Part shown: positions 47,508 through 57,976 of the stretch, piece by piece | Numbering within the stretch: the first letter of the stretch is position 1 | Layout of the letters: each line of letters begins with the position of its first letter | Assembly: GCA_039586365.1 (NCBI GenBank) | Contig: JBDHKN010000017.1 | Coordinates: 1 to 64,000, forward strand | Direction of reading: 5' to 3' | From: Gemmatimonadota bacterium | GTDB taxonomy: Bacteria > Gemmatimonadota > Gemmatimonadetes > Gemmatimonadales > GWC2-71-9 | DNA: 64,000 bases | Notes under the pieces: generated by a model | Seen by the model: only the letters and a program-made list of their open reading frames with translations | What the model was told of the DNA's origin: nothing | The model's database searches: none | Translations under genes and position numbers: made by a program

Positions 47508-48533
47508 ATGAGGCAATCTAGCCGCCTCCGCGGTTCGCAACCAGTCCGCTTCATGGCGCTCGCGTTTGGAGCAGGGGTTCTCACTGCTCCTCTGCAGGCG
47601 CAGGAGCTGTACCGGGTGGTGCGCTCGGAAAACTTTCGGCGCGCAGCTTCGGCCACCGCCCCCATTTTAGCCCGCGTGTCGCCGGGTTCCCAGGTCCAAG
47701 CCCACCCGTCGCAGATTGAGTGGCTCCAAGTCCAACTTGAGGGTTGGGTCTGGTCGGCATCCGTGCGGTCGACTACGCGCGACGGCTATGACCTCGAAGT
47801 AATGGAAGAGGGTGGCGAGAACCTCCGCAGTACGCCCAATGGAGCAATCCTGGCCCGGTTGTCCCAAGGAACACTGTTGGAACAGACGGACCGCGAGGAT
47901 AATTGGATTCGGGTCCGGCGCTCCGGCTGGATGTGGGCGGCTTCTCTCGAGCGACTCAGAGAGCAGGATACGAGGTCGACGGACGCTGGAGCGCCGCCGA
48001 TTGGGGCCGATTCGGGGGCACGGCTGGACCGTGCCGTGCTGTCGCATGCCGCTCCGATGGTCAGAGTGCTGCAAGGTGAGGAATCAGCCACATTGGTCGA
48101 AGGCACTCCCGTGAAGATCTTGGCTCGCTCGGGCGAGTGGGTGCGGGTGCAACTGGAGGGGTGGGTGAGGGAGTCAGACTTGAGACCTGCTGCAGCCGGC
48201 GTGCTGGAGGGGGTCACCGGTGCCGAGGTGCGTGCAAGCCCGGCGGAGTATGAGGGTAAGCTCCTGCAGTGGACTGTGCAGTTTCTAGCCATCCAGGAAG
48301 CTGACGAACTCCGCAGCGAAATACCGTTGGGGCAGCGATACATGTTGGCGCGCGGGCCGTTGCCGGAAGCAGGCTTTGTGTATGTGATCCTTCCCCCCGA
48401 CAGGATTGCTGAGGTCGAACGACTGGCACCCATTGCACAGGTTGTCATCATCGGACGCCTACGCGTAGCGCGTTCCCGGTACCTGGGCAACCCGGTGGTT
48501 GAGTTGGTGGATCTGGCGGTTCGTCAACCGTGA
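47508..48533 (+). CDS. Exported protein with repeated SH3b-like domains
   Basis: Repeated ENxR..., W..V.LEGWV units; signal peptide ending LQAQE. Confidence 0.75.
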   Translation: MRQSSRLRGSQPVRFMALAFGAGVLTAPLQAQELYRVVRSENFRRAASATAPILARVSPGSQVQAHPSQIEWLQVQLEGWVWSASVRSTTRDGYDLEVMEEGGENLRSTPNGAILARLSQGTLLEQTDREDNWIRVRRSGWMWAASLERLREQDTRSTDAGAPPIGADSGARLDRAVLSHAAPMVRVLQGEESATLVEGTPVKILARSGEWVRVQLEGWVRESDLRPAAAGVLEGVTGAEVRASPAEYEGKLLQWTVQFLAIQEADELRSEIPLGQRYMLARGPLPEAGFVYVILPPDRIAEVERLAPIAQVVIIGRLRVARSRYLGNPVVELVDLAVRQP

Positions 48534-48543
48534 GGTAGTCGCC

Positions 48544-48984
48544 ATGGACGAGTTGTTGAAGGGTAGAATCGCAGAGAAGCTTGAGGGACTGTCTGATGAG
48601 AATGCACGGCAGCTCTTGGACTACATCGAGTTTCTCGAGTCCAAACAAAACCGTAGCTCCCGCGAGGCAACGCCGCTGGAACGGCTGGCCGAGAACGTCG
48701 AGGGTACCCTCAAAGGGAGCCGGATCGGCGGTGCCGCCGTAAAGGGGACCGCCCAAATCGTTGAAGCCGCCGGTAGCCTGATGCGTGGGTTTGCGGCTGC
48801 GGGTAAAGCTGTAGTCGATGAGTTCCAGAAGCTGGAGGAGGAGCTTGCCACCTCGGCCAAAGCTGAGGAGGCAGGATCGGGAACCGCAACCGGGGGGCAC
48901 GACGCTGGGCCGCAGGGGGAAGAACCCGGTGAATTGGACTCGAGTGACGAGACCAGCGCTGAGGCAGACGTCGAAGGCAAATAG
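48544..48984 (+). CDS. Hypothetical protein (DUF2281-like N-terminus, acidic disordered tail)
   Basis: LE.L.DE..RQLLDYIEFLESK; SD GAGG. Confidence 0.65.
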   Translation: MDELLKGRIAEKLEGLSDENARQLLDYIEFLESKQNRSSREATPLERLAENVEGTLKGSRIGGAAVKGTAQIVEAAGSLMRGFAAAGKAVVDEFQKLEEELATSAKAEEAGSGTATGGHDAGPQGEEPGELDSSDETSAEADVEGK

Positions 48985-49122
48985 TGGTGAGGTAGTGCCG
49001 AAACCTGCTTGACCCGGGCGTGGCCGCACGGCTACCTTGGGCTATGGAAGACCTCAATCGCAATGCTAGCACCCGCCCTGCGCTCGCGCGAGGCGGGTGT
49101 TCACGTTTCAATGAGGGATGGC

Positions 49123-50580
49123 ATGACTAAGCTCCGCCCTGGTAATGCTCTAACGTTCGATGACGTGCTGCTCGTTCCGAGGCACTCCACCGTACATCCC
49201 AAGAGCGTCGACCTGACAACTCGACTGACCCGAGACATAGTTTTGAACATCCCTCTAATATCGGCCGCGATGGACACGGTAACCGAAGCCGAGATGGCCA
49301 TAGCCATGGCCCGCGCCGGCGGGATCGGTGTGATTCACAAGAACATGACGATCGATCGGCAGGCGGCGGAAGTGGATCGTGTCAAGCGGTCGGAAAGCGG
49401 GATGATTCTGGATCCGATCACCCTGGGGCCGGAACGGCCGCTACGTGAAGCAGCAGGATTGATGGAGCGCTTCAAGATCTCGGGCGTCCCGATCGTAGAC
49501 GGTGGTGGGTACCTCGTCGGCATCATTACCAACCGCGACCTCCAGTTTGAGCGCAACATGGAGCGTCCAATCAGCGAGGTGATGACCAGAGAGAATCTGG
49601 TTACCGCACCGGTGGGGACTACGCTCGAAGATGCCGAGAAGACTCTTGGTGAACACCGGATCGAGAAACTCCCGGTTGTGGACGAGAGTGGGCTTCTGAA
49701 GGGTCTAATCACCGTCAAGGATATCCACAAACGGCGTCTGTTTCCCGACGCCAACAAAGATCGCCACGGCCGTCTCCGGGTCGCCGCTGCTGTGGGAGTC
49801 GGCGAAGAGGCGAGTGCGCGTGCTGCGGCCCTGATTGACGCCGGGGCCGATGCAATTGTTGTTGACTCCGCGCACGGTCATTCAGCAAACGTGTTGGAGA
49901 CCGTCACGAAGCTAAGAAAAGGATTCCCGGATGCGCAGCTGATTGGAGGTAATGTGGCAACAGCTGCGGGTGCTAAGGCCCTCATCCAGTGCGGAGCGGA
50001 TGGCGTCAAGGTCGGGATTGGACCTGGATCGATATGCACGACACGTGTCGTAACCGGTGTTGGGGTTCCGCAAATCACCGCTATTGTTGAGGCTGCCCAG
50101 GGGGCTGGTGGCGTTCCCATCGTTGCCGATGGCGGAGTCAAATACTCTGGAGACGCGGTCAAGGCAATCGCTGCTGGGGCGTCGAGTGTGATGCTGGGTT
50201 CAATGTTGGCCGGTACCGAGGAGAGTCCCGGGGAGAGCTTTCTCCTCGAGGGTCGCAGATTCAAGACGGTCCGTGGGATGGGATCGTTGTCAGCGATGGA
50301 GGAAGGGTCAGCCGATAGATACTTCCAGGAGGGCGACGTCGGTCTGAGGAAGCTCGTGCCTGAAGGGATAGAGGGGCGAGTGCCATACCGAGGGCCCGTC
50401 GGTGACGTGATCCACCAGATCGCGGGTGGCATCCGGAGCGGGATGGGGTACTGCGGTGTGGCAACCCTCGAGGAACTTGCTCGTGACACCGAGTTCATCC
50501 AGGTGAGTGCTGCAGGGTTGCGCGAATCACATCCGCACGATGTGGTGATCACAAGGGAGGCGCCGAACTACAGTATCTAG
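49123..50580 (+). CDS. guaB: IMP dehydrogenase
   Basis: [19 protein letters not shown] pair, [21 protein letters not shown]. Confidence 0.97.
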   Translation: MTKLRPGNALTFDDVLLVPRHSTVHPKSVDLTTRLTRDIVLNIPLISAAMDTVTEAEMAIAMARAGGIGVIHKNMTIDRQAAEVDRVKRSESGMILDPITLGPERPLREAAGLMERFKISGVPIVDGGGYLVGIITNRDLQFERNMERPISEVMTRENLVTAPVGTTLEDAEKTLGEHRIEKLPVVDESGLLKGLITVKDIHKRRLFPDANKDRHGRLRVAAAVGVGEEASARAAALIDAGADAIVVDSAHGHSANVLETVTKLRKGFPDAQLIGGNVATAAGAKALIQCGADGVKVGIGPGSICTTRVVTGVGVPQITAIVEAAQGAGGVPIVADGGVKYSGDAVKAIAAGASSVMLGSMLAGTEESPGESFLLEGRRFKTVRGMGSLSAMEEGSADRYFQEGDVGLRKLVPEGIEGRVPYRGPVGDVIHQIAGGIRSGMGYCGVATLEELARDTEFIQVSAAGLRESHPHDVVITREAPNYSI

Positions 50581-50626
50581 GTCACCGAGCGGGGATAAGC
50601 TGGAGGTGGCCCGACGATCTCGACGC

Positions 50627-50654
50627 TTGACACTTCCCGGCTAGGCCGTAGTCT
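50627..50654 (+). promoter_or_regulatory. Putative sigma70 promoter of the amino-acid symporter
   Basis: TTGACA-16 nt-TAGTCT. Confidence 0.6.
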
Positions 50655-50852
50655 TCTCCGCCAGCCGTGCTTTGCTCCACACCTTGGAGGAGAGAGGCGC
50701 CAGGGCGGGAGAAGACTCTAACAATGGGCAGCCTGCCACTGCGCGAGGCCGCTTCCGGATGGCGCCGGCACGCGTTCCCGTTTGACTACATCCCTTCATG
50801 GTAAGGGGAACGGCGGTCCTCTTCGGGGGCTATCGTCTAACAGGAGATCCGC

Positions 50853-52256
50853 ATGAATTTCTTCAGCGATTTTCCCGGTAAGATCCTTGCTATTAACGAC
50901 TTCGTTTGGCAGCCGGCGGTCATGCCAGTCGTGCTCATCATCGTGGGCTTGTGGCTCACGGTCCGCAGCGACTTCGTCCAGATCCGGCGGTTCCCGATGG
51001 CAGTCCGGAGGGTGCTGGGCGGCGCATTCAAGCACACGGAGGGTGAGAAAGGCACGATCACGCCGTTTCAGGCACTGTCGACTGCGCTGGCCGCAACTGT
51101 AGGAAATGGGAACATCGGCGGAGTCGCTACGGCAATTCTGGTTGGGGGCCCCGGTGCGATCTTCTGGATGTGGGTGACGGCGACCGTCGGGATGGCGACC
51201 AAGTACTCCGAGGCGGTGCTGGGCGTGCATTTTCGTGTGAGAAGAGAGACCGGCGAGCTCGCCAGCGGACCGATGTACTACATCGCGCGCGGCGTGCCAG
51301 GGGCTTATTTGGGCCGCATTCTCGCAATCATGTTTGCCTTCTTCGGTGCGGCCACAGCGCTGTTGGGAACCGGCAACATGGCGCAATCGAACACCATCGC
51401 TAGGACGTTTGTCGAGGCTTTTCGGGCAAACGCTGGCATCGACATGCCGCTTTGGGTCCCTGGTATTCTGATCACCGTGGCCGTCGGCCTGGTGCTACTT
51501 GGCGGGATCAGGCGTATAGCGGCGACGGCCGAGAGGCTCGTACCGACGATGATCGTGATCTACATCCTGGCCGCCGTTGTCTACATCGTGTTCAACATCG
51601 ATGGCGTACCTCGGGTGTTCGCCATGATAATCAGCGAGGCGTTCACTCCATCGGCCGCTGCTGGTGGATTCATCGGAGCTACCGTGGCGCAGGGTATAGC
51701 TGCTGGAGTGAGCCGTGGTGTACTGTCTAATGAGGCCGGTCTTGGCTCGGCTCCTATCGCGCACGGCATCGCCAACGTCAAGCACCCCGTCGAACAAGGA
51801 ACCGTCGGGGTATTCGAAGTGTTCGTTGATACCATCTTGGTCTGCTCGATGACCGCGTTCGTGATCCTCGATTCAGGTTTGTGGACGGAAGGCGCGTTTC
51901 AGACTGCCAGTGGCGACCTGACCTCAGCGGCTATGAGCACTACCGTGCCGTTCGCATCGATCGTCGTCGCCCTGTCGAGTTTCCTGTTTGGATTCTCGAC
52001 GCTCATCGCATGGTGCTACTACGGGGAGAAGTGTTTTGAGTTCCTGTTTGGCTCCAAGATGATCAAGCCGTATCGGATGGTTTTCGTGGCGTTGATCATG
52101 GTCGGGTCCGTCGTGTCGGTGCCACTTGCCTGGGCGATGGGGACTCTGCTGAATGGATTCATGGCGTTCCCCAACCTGGTCGGTCTGGCCTTCCTCGGTG
52201 GCACCGTTGCGAAGCTCACTAAGGAGTACTTTTCGGGAGAGGTCGCCGTGGGTTAG
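50853..52256 (+). CDS. Alanine/glycine:cation symporter (AGCS family)
   Basis: TVGNGNIGGVATA, GGPGAIFWMW, GPMYY, SNEAGLGSAP, FVDT...C. Confidence 0.95.
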   Translation: MNFFSDFPGKILAINDFVWQPAVMPVVLIIVGLWLTVRSDFVQIRRFPMAVRRVLGGAFKHTEGEKGTITPFQALSTALAATVGNGNIGGVATAILVGGPGAIFWMWVTATVGMATKYSEAVLGVHFRVRRETGELASGPMYYIARGVPGAYLGRILAIMFAFFGAATALLGTGNMAQSNTIARTFVEAFRANAGIDMPLWVPGILITVAVGLVLLGGIRRIAATAERLVPTMIVIYILAAVVYIVFNIDGVPRVFAMIISEAFTPSAAAGGFIGATVAQGIAAGVSRGVLSNEAGLGSAPIAHGIANVKHPVEQGTVGVFEVFVDTILVCSMTAFVILDSGLWTEGAFQTASGDLTSAAMSTTVPFASIVVALSSFLFGFSTLIAWCYYGEKCFEFLFGSKMIKPYRMVFVALIMVGSVVSVPLAWAMGTLLNGFMAFPNLVGLAFLGGTVAKLTKEYFSGEVAVG

Positions 52257-52304
52257 TCTGCTACCGGTTTCGCAATCGTGGACCGTACAATTATGTTGCG
52301 GTCC

Positions 52305-53345
52305 ATGCCGGCCCAGCGGACTGACGGCTCATCCAGTCGAGGTGTGAGGGTACCGGCCGCGCGGCGCCGGGCTGGTGAGGCTATTGCGGCTGTCCTCAAG
52401 CCCGGTATGCGGGTTGCGTTAACCACGCACGTCAACGCGGATGGGGATGGTGCCGGAGGAGTCGCAGCTCTTTGGCACCTCCTGACGGATAACGGAATCC
52501 GCGCAGCAATCACCAACCCAACTCCATACCCCGACCGGTACCGTTTTCTGCTGGCAGGATCTGAGCTGGCCGATAAGTCAGCGGATGCCGTTAAGCATCT
52601 CGAACGCGCCGACCTGGTTATGGTGCTCGACATCTCGGACCTTGGCAGGCTCGGGCACTTGGGACCTGTGATCCAGAAGACCGGCGTCCCGGTGGCGTGT
52701 ATCGACCACCACGCCAGTTCGGGTACGCTGCCCGCCGGCCCGCGCCTGGTGGATTCGACGGCATGCGCCACGGGAGAGTTGATCTACGATTTTGCCCAGT
52801 CAGTTGGCTGGACGGTGAGCCCTGCAGTGGCGCGCGGTCTGTACGTCGCCATAATGACAGATACCGGGGGATTTCGGTTCAGCAATACGACCCCTCGGGC
52901 GTTGCAGATCGCTGCCCACCTCCTGGCATGCGGAGTGAATCCAGAGGAGATGTACCGCCACGTCTACGCGAGCGAATCCGAGGGCAGGTTGCGACTCATT
53001 GGCAATGTACTAGATACACTGGTCGTCGAGCCAGAACACGGGTTGGCGTGGGTGACGGTGCCGGCTAGGTCCTTGGAGCTCCACGGGCTCAAACCGGATG
53101 ATCTCGAAGGTGTCGTCGAGCTTCCACGGTCAATCAAGGGTACGCGTCTTGCCTTGCTGTTTAGGCCGCTCGCAAATGGGCGGGTGAAGGTGTCGTTTCG
53201 GTCGACTGGAGACATTGATGTTGCCCGTCTGGCAGAGGGGTTTGGCGGGGGGGGGCACCGCAAGGCGGCAGGGGCGTCGCTGGCCGGGCAGATGAGTGAA
53301 GTACAGCAAGTTGTGCTCGCTGCGGCTAGGGCGGCGCTAGCTTAG
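52305..53345 (+). CDS. nrnA: DHH/DHHA1 phosphoesterase (NanoRNase/pAp phosphatase)
   Basis: THVNADGD, LD, IDHH, TDTGGFRF, GGGGHRKAAG. Confidence 0.9.
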   Translation: MPAQRTDGSSSRGVRVPAARRRAGEAIAAVLKPGMRVALTTHVNADGDGAGGVAALWHLLTDNGIRAAITNPTPYPDRYRFLLAGSELADKSADAVKHLERADLVMVLDISDLGRLGHLGPVIQKTGVPVACIDHHASSGTLPAGPRLVDSTACATGELIYDFAQSVGWTVSPAVARGLYVAIMTDTGGFRFSNTTPRALQIAAHLLACGVNPEEMYRHVYASESEGRLRLIGNVLDTLVVEPEHGLAWVTVPARSLELHGLKPDDLEGVVELPRSIKGTRLALLFRPLANGRVKVSFRSTGDIDVARLAEGFGGGGHRKAAGASLAGQMSEVQQVVLAAARAALA

Positions 53346-53352
53346 GGTCTTG

Positions 53353-53381
53353 TTGCCTCGCAATCGACGCGCCTCTATCAT
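53353..53381 (+). promoter_or_regulatory. Putative sigma70 promoter (leaderless arrangement) of mrp
   Basis: TTGCCT-17 nt-TATCAT, 8 nt before ATG 53390. Confidence 0.55.
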
Positions 53382-53389
53382 TCGTGACC

Positions 53390-54493
53390 ATGACAAACAG
53401 ACTAGATGCTCTGGTAGCAGGTGCGCTCACGAATGTGCGCAATCCTCGTATTGACAACGACGTAGTCTCCGCTGGAATGATCCGCGACCTCTCCAGTGAT
53501 GAAACTGGTCGGATCTCGTTCACCGTGGTACTTGGGCGCGACGACCCGGCTGGGCTAGTGCGAGAGATCCGCCAAGCGGTCAAGGTCGTAGAAGGTGTCT
53601 CCGATGTTGCCATAGAGGTCGTGGAACCTGAAGCAGGACCTGCGGCGGCAAATGCTGGGGCGCCTGCTGCGGCCTCCCAGGCGTCGCATACACGGCCGAC
53701 AGAAGAACTTGCCAACCTCGGGACCATACTAGCTGTGTCGAGCGGCAAAGGTGGAGTGGGAAAGTCCACCGTCGCTGCTAACCTTGCAGCCGAACTGGCT
53801 CGCAATGGCAAACGAGTGGGCGTGATGGACGCTGATATATACGGACCCAACATTCCGCGCATCTTCGGCGTCCATGAGAAACCTCAGGTGATCGGAGGGA
53901 AGGTAGTGCCCTTGGAGCGGTACGGTGTCAAGCTGATCTCGTTGGGGTTCTTGGTAGAGCGAGATACACCGGCCATCTGGCGCGGTCCAATAGTCGTGAA
54001 GATCATAGGCCAGTTCTTGCACGACGTCGAGTGGGGTGTTCTCGATTACTTCATCGTCGACTTGCCACCAGGTACAGGTGATGCGCAGCTGTCTCTGTCG
54101 CAGACGGTCCAGATGCGAGGTGCGATCATCGTGACCACACCGCAGGAGATGGCCGTTGGTGATGCGCTGCGCGGAGCGCAGATGTTCAAGCAGGTGGGTG
54201 TTCCGGTTCTGGGAATCGTGGAGAACATGAGCTACTTCGCCTGCCCGCGTTGTGGTGAACGCAGTGACATTTTCCAGCAGGGCGGTGGTCAAAGGCTGGC
54301 GGACGAACTTGAGGTTCCCCTCCTGGCCCGCATACCACTGCAGGCCCAGATGGCGAATCTGGCCGATGAGGGCAAACCTGTCGTGATCGCTCAGCCGGAG
54401 TCTCCCGCCGGAAAAGCCATCTCTGGTATGACTGAACAGATTGTCGAGCGGGCGGGTGGACGAACAGTGTCCTTACCGATCATCACAGGCTGA
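53390..54493 (+). CDS. mrp: Mrp/NBP35 (ApbC) Fe-S cluster carrier ATPase
   Basis: SSGKGGVGKST, DADIYGP, WRGP, DLPPGTGD, ENMSYFACPRC. Confidence 0.95.
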   Translation: MTNRLDALVAGALTNVRNPRIDNDVVSAGMIRDLSSDETGRISFTVVLGRDDPAGLVREIRQAVKVVEGVSDVAIEVVEPEAGPAAANAGAPAAASQASHTRPTEELANLGTILAVSSGKGGVGKSTVAANLAAELARNGKRVGVMDADIYGPNIPRIFGVHEKPQVIGGKVVPLERYGVKLISLGFLVERDTPAIWRGPIVVKIIGQFLHDVEWGVLDYFIVDLPPGTGDAQLSLSQTVQMRGAIIVTTPQEMAVGDALRGAQMFKQVGVPVLGIVENMSYFACPRCGERSDIFQQGGGQRLADELEVPLLARIPLQAQMANLADEGKPVVIAQPESPAGKAISGMTEQIVERAGGRTVSLPIITG

Positions 54494-54528
54494 GCCAACG
54501 ACCTGCTGGATCCACATCATTGCGGCAA

Positions 54529-54563
54529 GCGGGAGGCTATCACAGGCCTCCCGCCCTTTCTTC
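54529..54563 (+). terminator. Intrinsic terminator after mrp
   Basis: GCGGGAGGC/GCCTCCCGC 9-bp stem followed by CCTTTCTT. Confidence 0.7.
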
Positions 54564-54605
54564 GATGCGTGACTGGTGGGCGAAGGAAAGCTGCGGAGAC
54601 CCCGA

Positions 54606-55481
54606 TCAGGGTTCGATCCACACGACGGCGACGTCTCCCAAGACGGCCTTGAGCTTGATGTCGAGCTTGGATGTGGTGGAGTGGTAGTTAGGGGAGACAT
54701 ACCTCGTCCCGCTCATGGTGAAGCCAACGTTGTCGAAACTCACCAAGAAGCGATCTACATCTATCGCAACACCTAGAGTCTTAGGGAGCCGCAGGGTGAG
54801 TTGACCGAGACCCAGGCGGATGTCGGCGGTGTGTACAGAGGTGCCGGTCCCCTGGCCCGTGAAATCCAGCGTCACGTCACCGATGCCCCCGGCAAACGCA
54901 ATGTGTTGGCAGCGTGCGTTTGCCAACCGTTCAGCTCGGAACTCAGCCGCCCCGGCTTTCAGGGTCAAACGGTCACATGTCGTCCGGTTCGGTTCGCCGA
55001 AAGACACGTGCGCTTTGGCTGCACCAGAAACAATGTCCGCGCCAACCAGATGCATCCCTCCGAGTTCCAGGTCGGCTTCAGCCGCCCCCAGCTCAAAGGA
55101 CAACCGCAATGGCACTTGCGGTGTTACCGAGAGATCGAGCCGCTGTGCTGTCTTGAATCGCCCCAGGCGAGATACATGGTCCTCCTTGGGTCGGAGTCCG
55201 ATCTCCAGTCTGTTCGTGTTTGGGTAGTAATCAGTGTAGGCGAGGAAATCGTCTTCGTTGTAGTTGATCGCAGCTCGGTACAGAGATGTCCCGTCGCCAG
55301 GCGCCAGCTGTAGCCTTCCAGCCATGAACGTGACGTCGACGTACAGAGAATCTTCACCGCGCGCCGTGCGAGCCTCAGTAATTGTCTGATATGATTGTCC
55401 TATGAGTCCGACGGTAGCGAGTGCTGTGGTTGCGGCAGTCAGAATCACTGCGCGGCGCATCGGGATGTACTCCATGCTCAC
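54606..55481 (-). CDS. Exported beta-solenoid protein (toast-rack / LiaF-DUF2154-like)
   Basis: Signal peptide; repeated GAAE/GIGD/GLGQ/VLGD beta turns; last gene of ECF operon. Confidence 0.65.
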   Translation of the reverse strand: MSMEYIPMRRAVILTAATTALATVGLIGQSYQTITEARTARGEDSLYVDVTFMAGRLQLAPGDGTSLYRAAINYNEDDFLAYTDYYPNTNRLEIGLRPKEDHVSRLGRFKTAQRLDLSVTPQVPLRLSFELGAAEADLELGGMHLVGADIVSGAAKAHVSFGEPNRTTCDRLTLKAGAAEFRAERLANARCQHIAFAGGIGDVTLDFTGQGTGTSVHTADIRLGLGQLTLRLPKTLGVAIDVDRFLVSFDNVGFTMSGTRYVSPNYHSTTSKLDIKLKAVLGDVAVVWIEP

Positions 55482-56722
55482 TATCGGGGCCGCTGAATCC
55501 TGTCATGCGATCCGGCGACCGGTGTTGCCGGGGGTGTCTGACACAGATACTCGTCTGATAGAGCTCGATCGAGTTGCCTGGTGAAGGTGCCTCGTATGCC
55601 GGCCCGTGAGAGCACCGCTGCACCGAATCCTGCAGTGGCCAGGATCCAAGTGAACAGGACAGCGCTCGTTGTGGCGATCTTGCCTGCAATCGGTGCCCAA
55701 CTGAACAGAACTGCGGGTAGCCAAATCGCCAGTAGGGCCACCAGCCCATACACGATGTATCGGTACGCGAGCCAGCCACCTACCACGTTGCCTTGCGCCA
55801 TCCTGTGTCGCATATAGGTCTCCCCAACCGAGTGCGCAACCGCCAGGTAGCCACCCAGCACACCCAACGCCGCTGCAACGACAAAGGCTGCAATGGCGAA
55901 CGGGATCACCAATATGCCCACGACGGTGAGGGCGAGTCCCAGTATGAGCATGCCGAGCAGTGGGACGATCAATGGCTGTGCGAACAAACCAGCCAGAAAG
56001 GAACGCCAGAAAGATTGCCGCACGGTGTCTGCTACTACCTCAAGCTGTCGGGGTGCGAAGAACACCAAGCCGAAGCCGAGAGCGCAGAGGGAGGCGAAGC
56101 TAGCCAGGAGGCCGATGATGTCCTCAACCACCTGGCCCGCTGCGGCACTCAATCCGGGGTTGTCGCGGCGCACAACGGTGGAGTACTGGGCATCAGTGGG
56201 CTCCCGAACCACCGCACTACTCGACTCGGAGGAGCGAGTGGCAGGCCGGGGTCGCGGTGCCCGTGCCGGCTGCTCAGTTGCTGGGACGGCTTCCAGTGCC
56301 AGGAAAGGAGCCATGATGGTCGCTAATGCCCCCGCATCGGCGCTCGCAGAGCCAGCAGCGGTCCGACGCCGAATCACCTCGAGCATTTCCGTCGGGTCGA
56401 GTCTGCCACTCTGATCCAGGAGACTCCACCACGCAGTTGCCAGGTCGCTGTCTCGATCATAGCGTGCGAGGACTCTGCTCGTGGTAGCACCGCCCACAGT
56501 TGTCTCACTTCGCACTTCGCCGCGGGTGAACGAAACTCTGACGATTTCACCGTTGGACAGTTCGAATTCGAGAGACGCTTCGGCAGGCGAAACTGAGGCT
56601 GAATGGGCGACTATGCGCGGGGAAGCTTGCTTGGCTTGAGGTATGGTCTGACTGTATGCCTCTCCGGACTGGACGGCCCAGCCGACCACCGCGAGCGCCA
56701 AGAGTCTGTTAGCGTATCGCAT
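55481..56722 (-). CDS. Membrane protein with exported N-terminal domain
   Basis: Signal peptide; C-terminal multi-TM block (SFLAGL, LTVVGILVIP, GFGAAVLSRAG). Confidence 0.75.
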   Translation of the reverse strand: MRYANRLLALAVVGWAVQSGEAYSQTIPQAKQASPRIVAHSASVSPAEASLEFELSNGEIVRVSFTRGEVRSETTVGGATTSRVLARYDRDSDLATAWWSLLDQSGRLDPTEMLEVIRRRTAAGSASADAGALATIMAPFLALEAVPATEQPARAPRPRPATRSSESSSAVVREPTDAQYSTVVRRDNPGLSAAAGQVVEDIIGLLASFASLCALGFGLVFFAPRQLEVVADTVRQSFWRSFLAGLFAQPLIVPLLGMLILGLALTVVGILVIPFAIAAFVVAAALGVLGGYLAVAHSVGETYMRHRMAQGNVVGGWLAYRYIVYGLVALLAIWLPAVLFSWAPIAGKIATTSAVLFTWILATAGFGAAVLSRAGIRGTFTRQLDRALSDEYLCQTPPATPVAGSHDRIQRPR

Positions 56723-57236
56723 CTACTTCGGCCCTGGTGACGCCTGCCGGCTGCATGGTTCGGTGCAACGCCCAAGCGCACAGCATCGTCCCAACCGCAG
56801 CTACTCCCGCCACGGCAACCAAAGTGTGCTCGCGCACGGCCAGCATTTCGAACAGCGCATACGTGCTGCGTGCGATGTCAGTCGCCAATCCCAAAAGCGC
56901 CCGCCAAGAGGACAACAACACACCCGTCAGTGCTCCGCCCCAGACAGTGCGGACATCTACTGTGCGTGTAGCTATCAACGCCACCATCGCGGTGAGCGAA
57001 GCAAAGGACATGGTTGCCATTCCACCCACCAACCACCACACTCGTCCAGTGTCGGCAAGAGAGCGCAGATACGCCTGCAGCTGACGGATCCAACGTGGTG
57101 CGGGCACCCGCACCTGTGCCATGATGCGGTCTTCAAACCCGGAGCGGGGGGAGAACTGCTCTAGCTTTGACAGATAGCTATCTAGGAGTGGATCTTCGTC
57201 AGCAGGCAACTGCGGGTTCATGTCAAGGTTCTCCAT
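56709..57236 (-). CDS. Putative membrane-bound anti-sigma factor
   Basis: L....P..GFEDRIMA.V motif followed by TM helices; directly downstream of ECF sigma. Confidence 0.65.
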   Translation of the reverse strand: MENLDMNPQLPADEDPLLDSYLSKLEQFSPRSGFEDRIMAQVRVPAPRWIRQLQAYLRSLADTGRVWWLVGGMATMSFASLTAMVALIATRTVDVRTVWGGALTGVLLSSWRALLGLATDIARSTYALFEMLAVREHTLVAVAGVAAVGTMLCAWALHRTMQPAGVTRAEVDAIR

Positions 57237-57270
57237 CTGTGTGACTATACGTCCGGCCGGACCCGGAGTT

Positions 57271-57882
57271 TCATGCAGTGGACTCGCTCAACGGGTCCAA
57301 CATTTCTCTGAGTTCTGCGCGTGCGCGATGGATGTAGGTTTTCACAGTCCCCAAAGGGAGATCGAGCATATCCGCTATCTCTTCATATGGTCTTCCGTCC
57401 ACGTGTCGCATCATGATACACGCTCTGTATTCGGGACGTAGCTTGCCAATTGCCTGCTCGATAGTGGATCCGAGTTCGCGCGCTACCAATTCTTCGAGGG
57501 GCGATTCTGAGGTATCACCGATCTGAAGGGCCGTTGCCTCTAACCGATCCGCTGTTGTTGCGTCAGGACCGCCCTCCAGTGAGAGAGTGTCTAGCTCTCG
57601 CTTGCGGAGATGATCAATTGCCGCGTTGTTCGCGATCTTGAAGACCCAAGATGAGAACTTGAACTCCGGCCTGTAGCGATCTAGTGCGTTCAGAACCTTG
57701 ACAAAGGTCTCTTGGGCCAGGTCTTCAGCCAGCTCTCGGTCACGTACCATCCGGTAGATGAGGGAAAAAACCGGTCTTTGATAGCGCCGGATGAGCTCTC
57801 GGAAAGCAGGCTCAGCTCCTTCGCAGGCGTGCTCCACGACCTCTTGGTCAGTGGCGGTCGTGAGGTCTACAGGGCCAGCCAT
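57271..57882 (-). CDS. ECF RNA polymerase sigma factor (SigW/RpoE-like)
   Basis: AEDLAQETF.K, FSSW.FKIA.N, YEEIA..L..PLGTVKT.IHRAR. Confidence 0.95.
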   Translation of the reverse strand: MAGPVDLTTATDQEVVEHACEGAEPAFRELIRRYQRPVFSLIYRMVRDRELAEDLAQETFVKVLNALDRYRPEFKFSSWVFKIANNAAIDHLRKRELDTLSLEGGPDATTADRLEATALQIGDTSESPLEELVARELGSTIEQAIGKLRPEYRACIMMRHVDGRPYEEIADMLDLPLGTVKTYIHRARAELREMLDPLSESTA

Positions 57883-57976
57883 TGTGCCGGAATGACGCTA
57901 GACCAAGATGACCGCGGGGGACTCAAGCTGCACAGTTCTTGCGGCACGATCAAAGGCGCCGATAAGTTTCGCGCCT

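Noticed and set aside
50725..50815. Cobalamin riboswitch words GCCACUG and AAGGGGAA
   Set aside because: Wrong order and missing core elements
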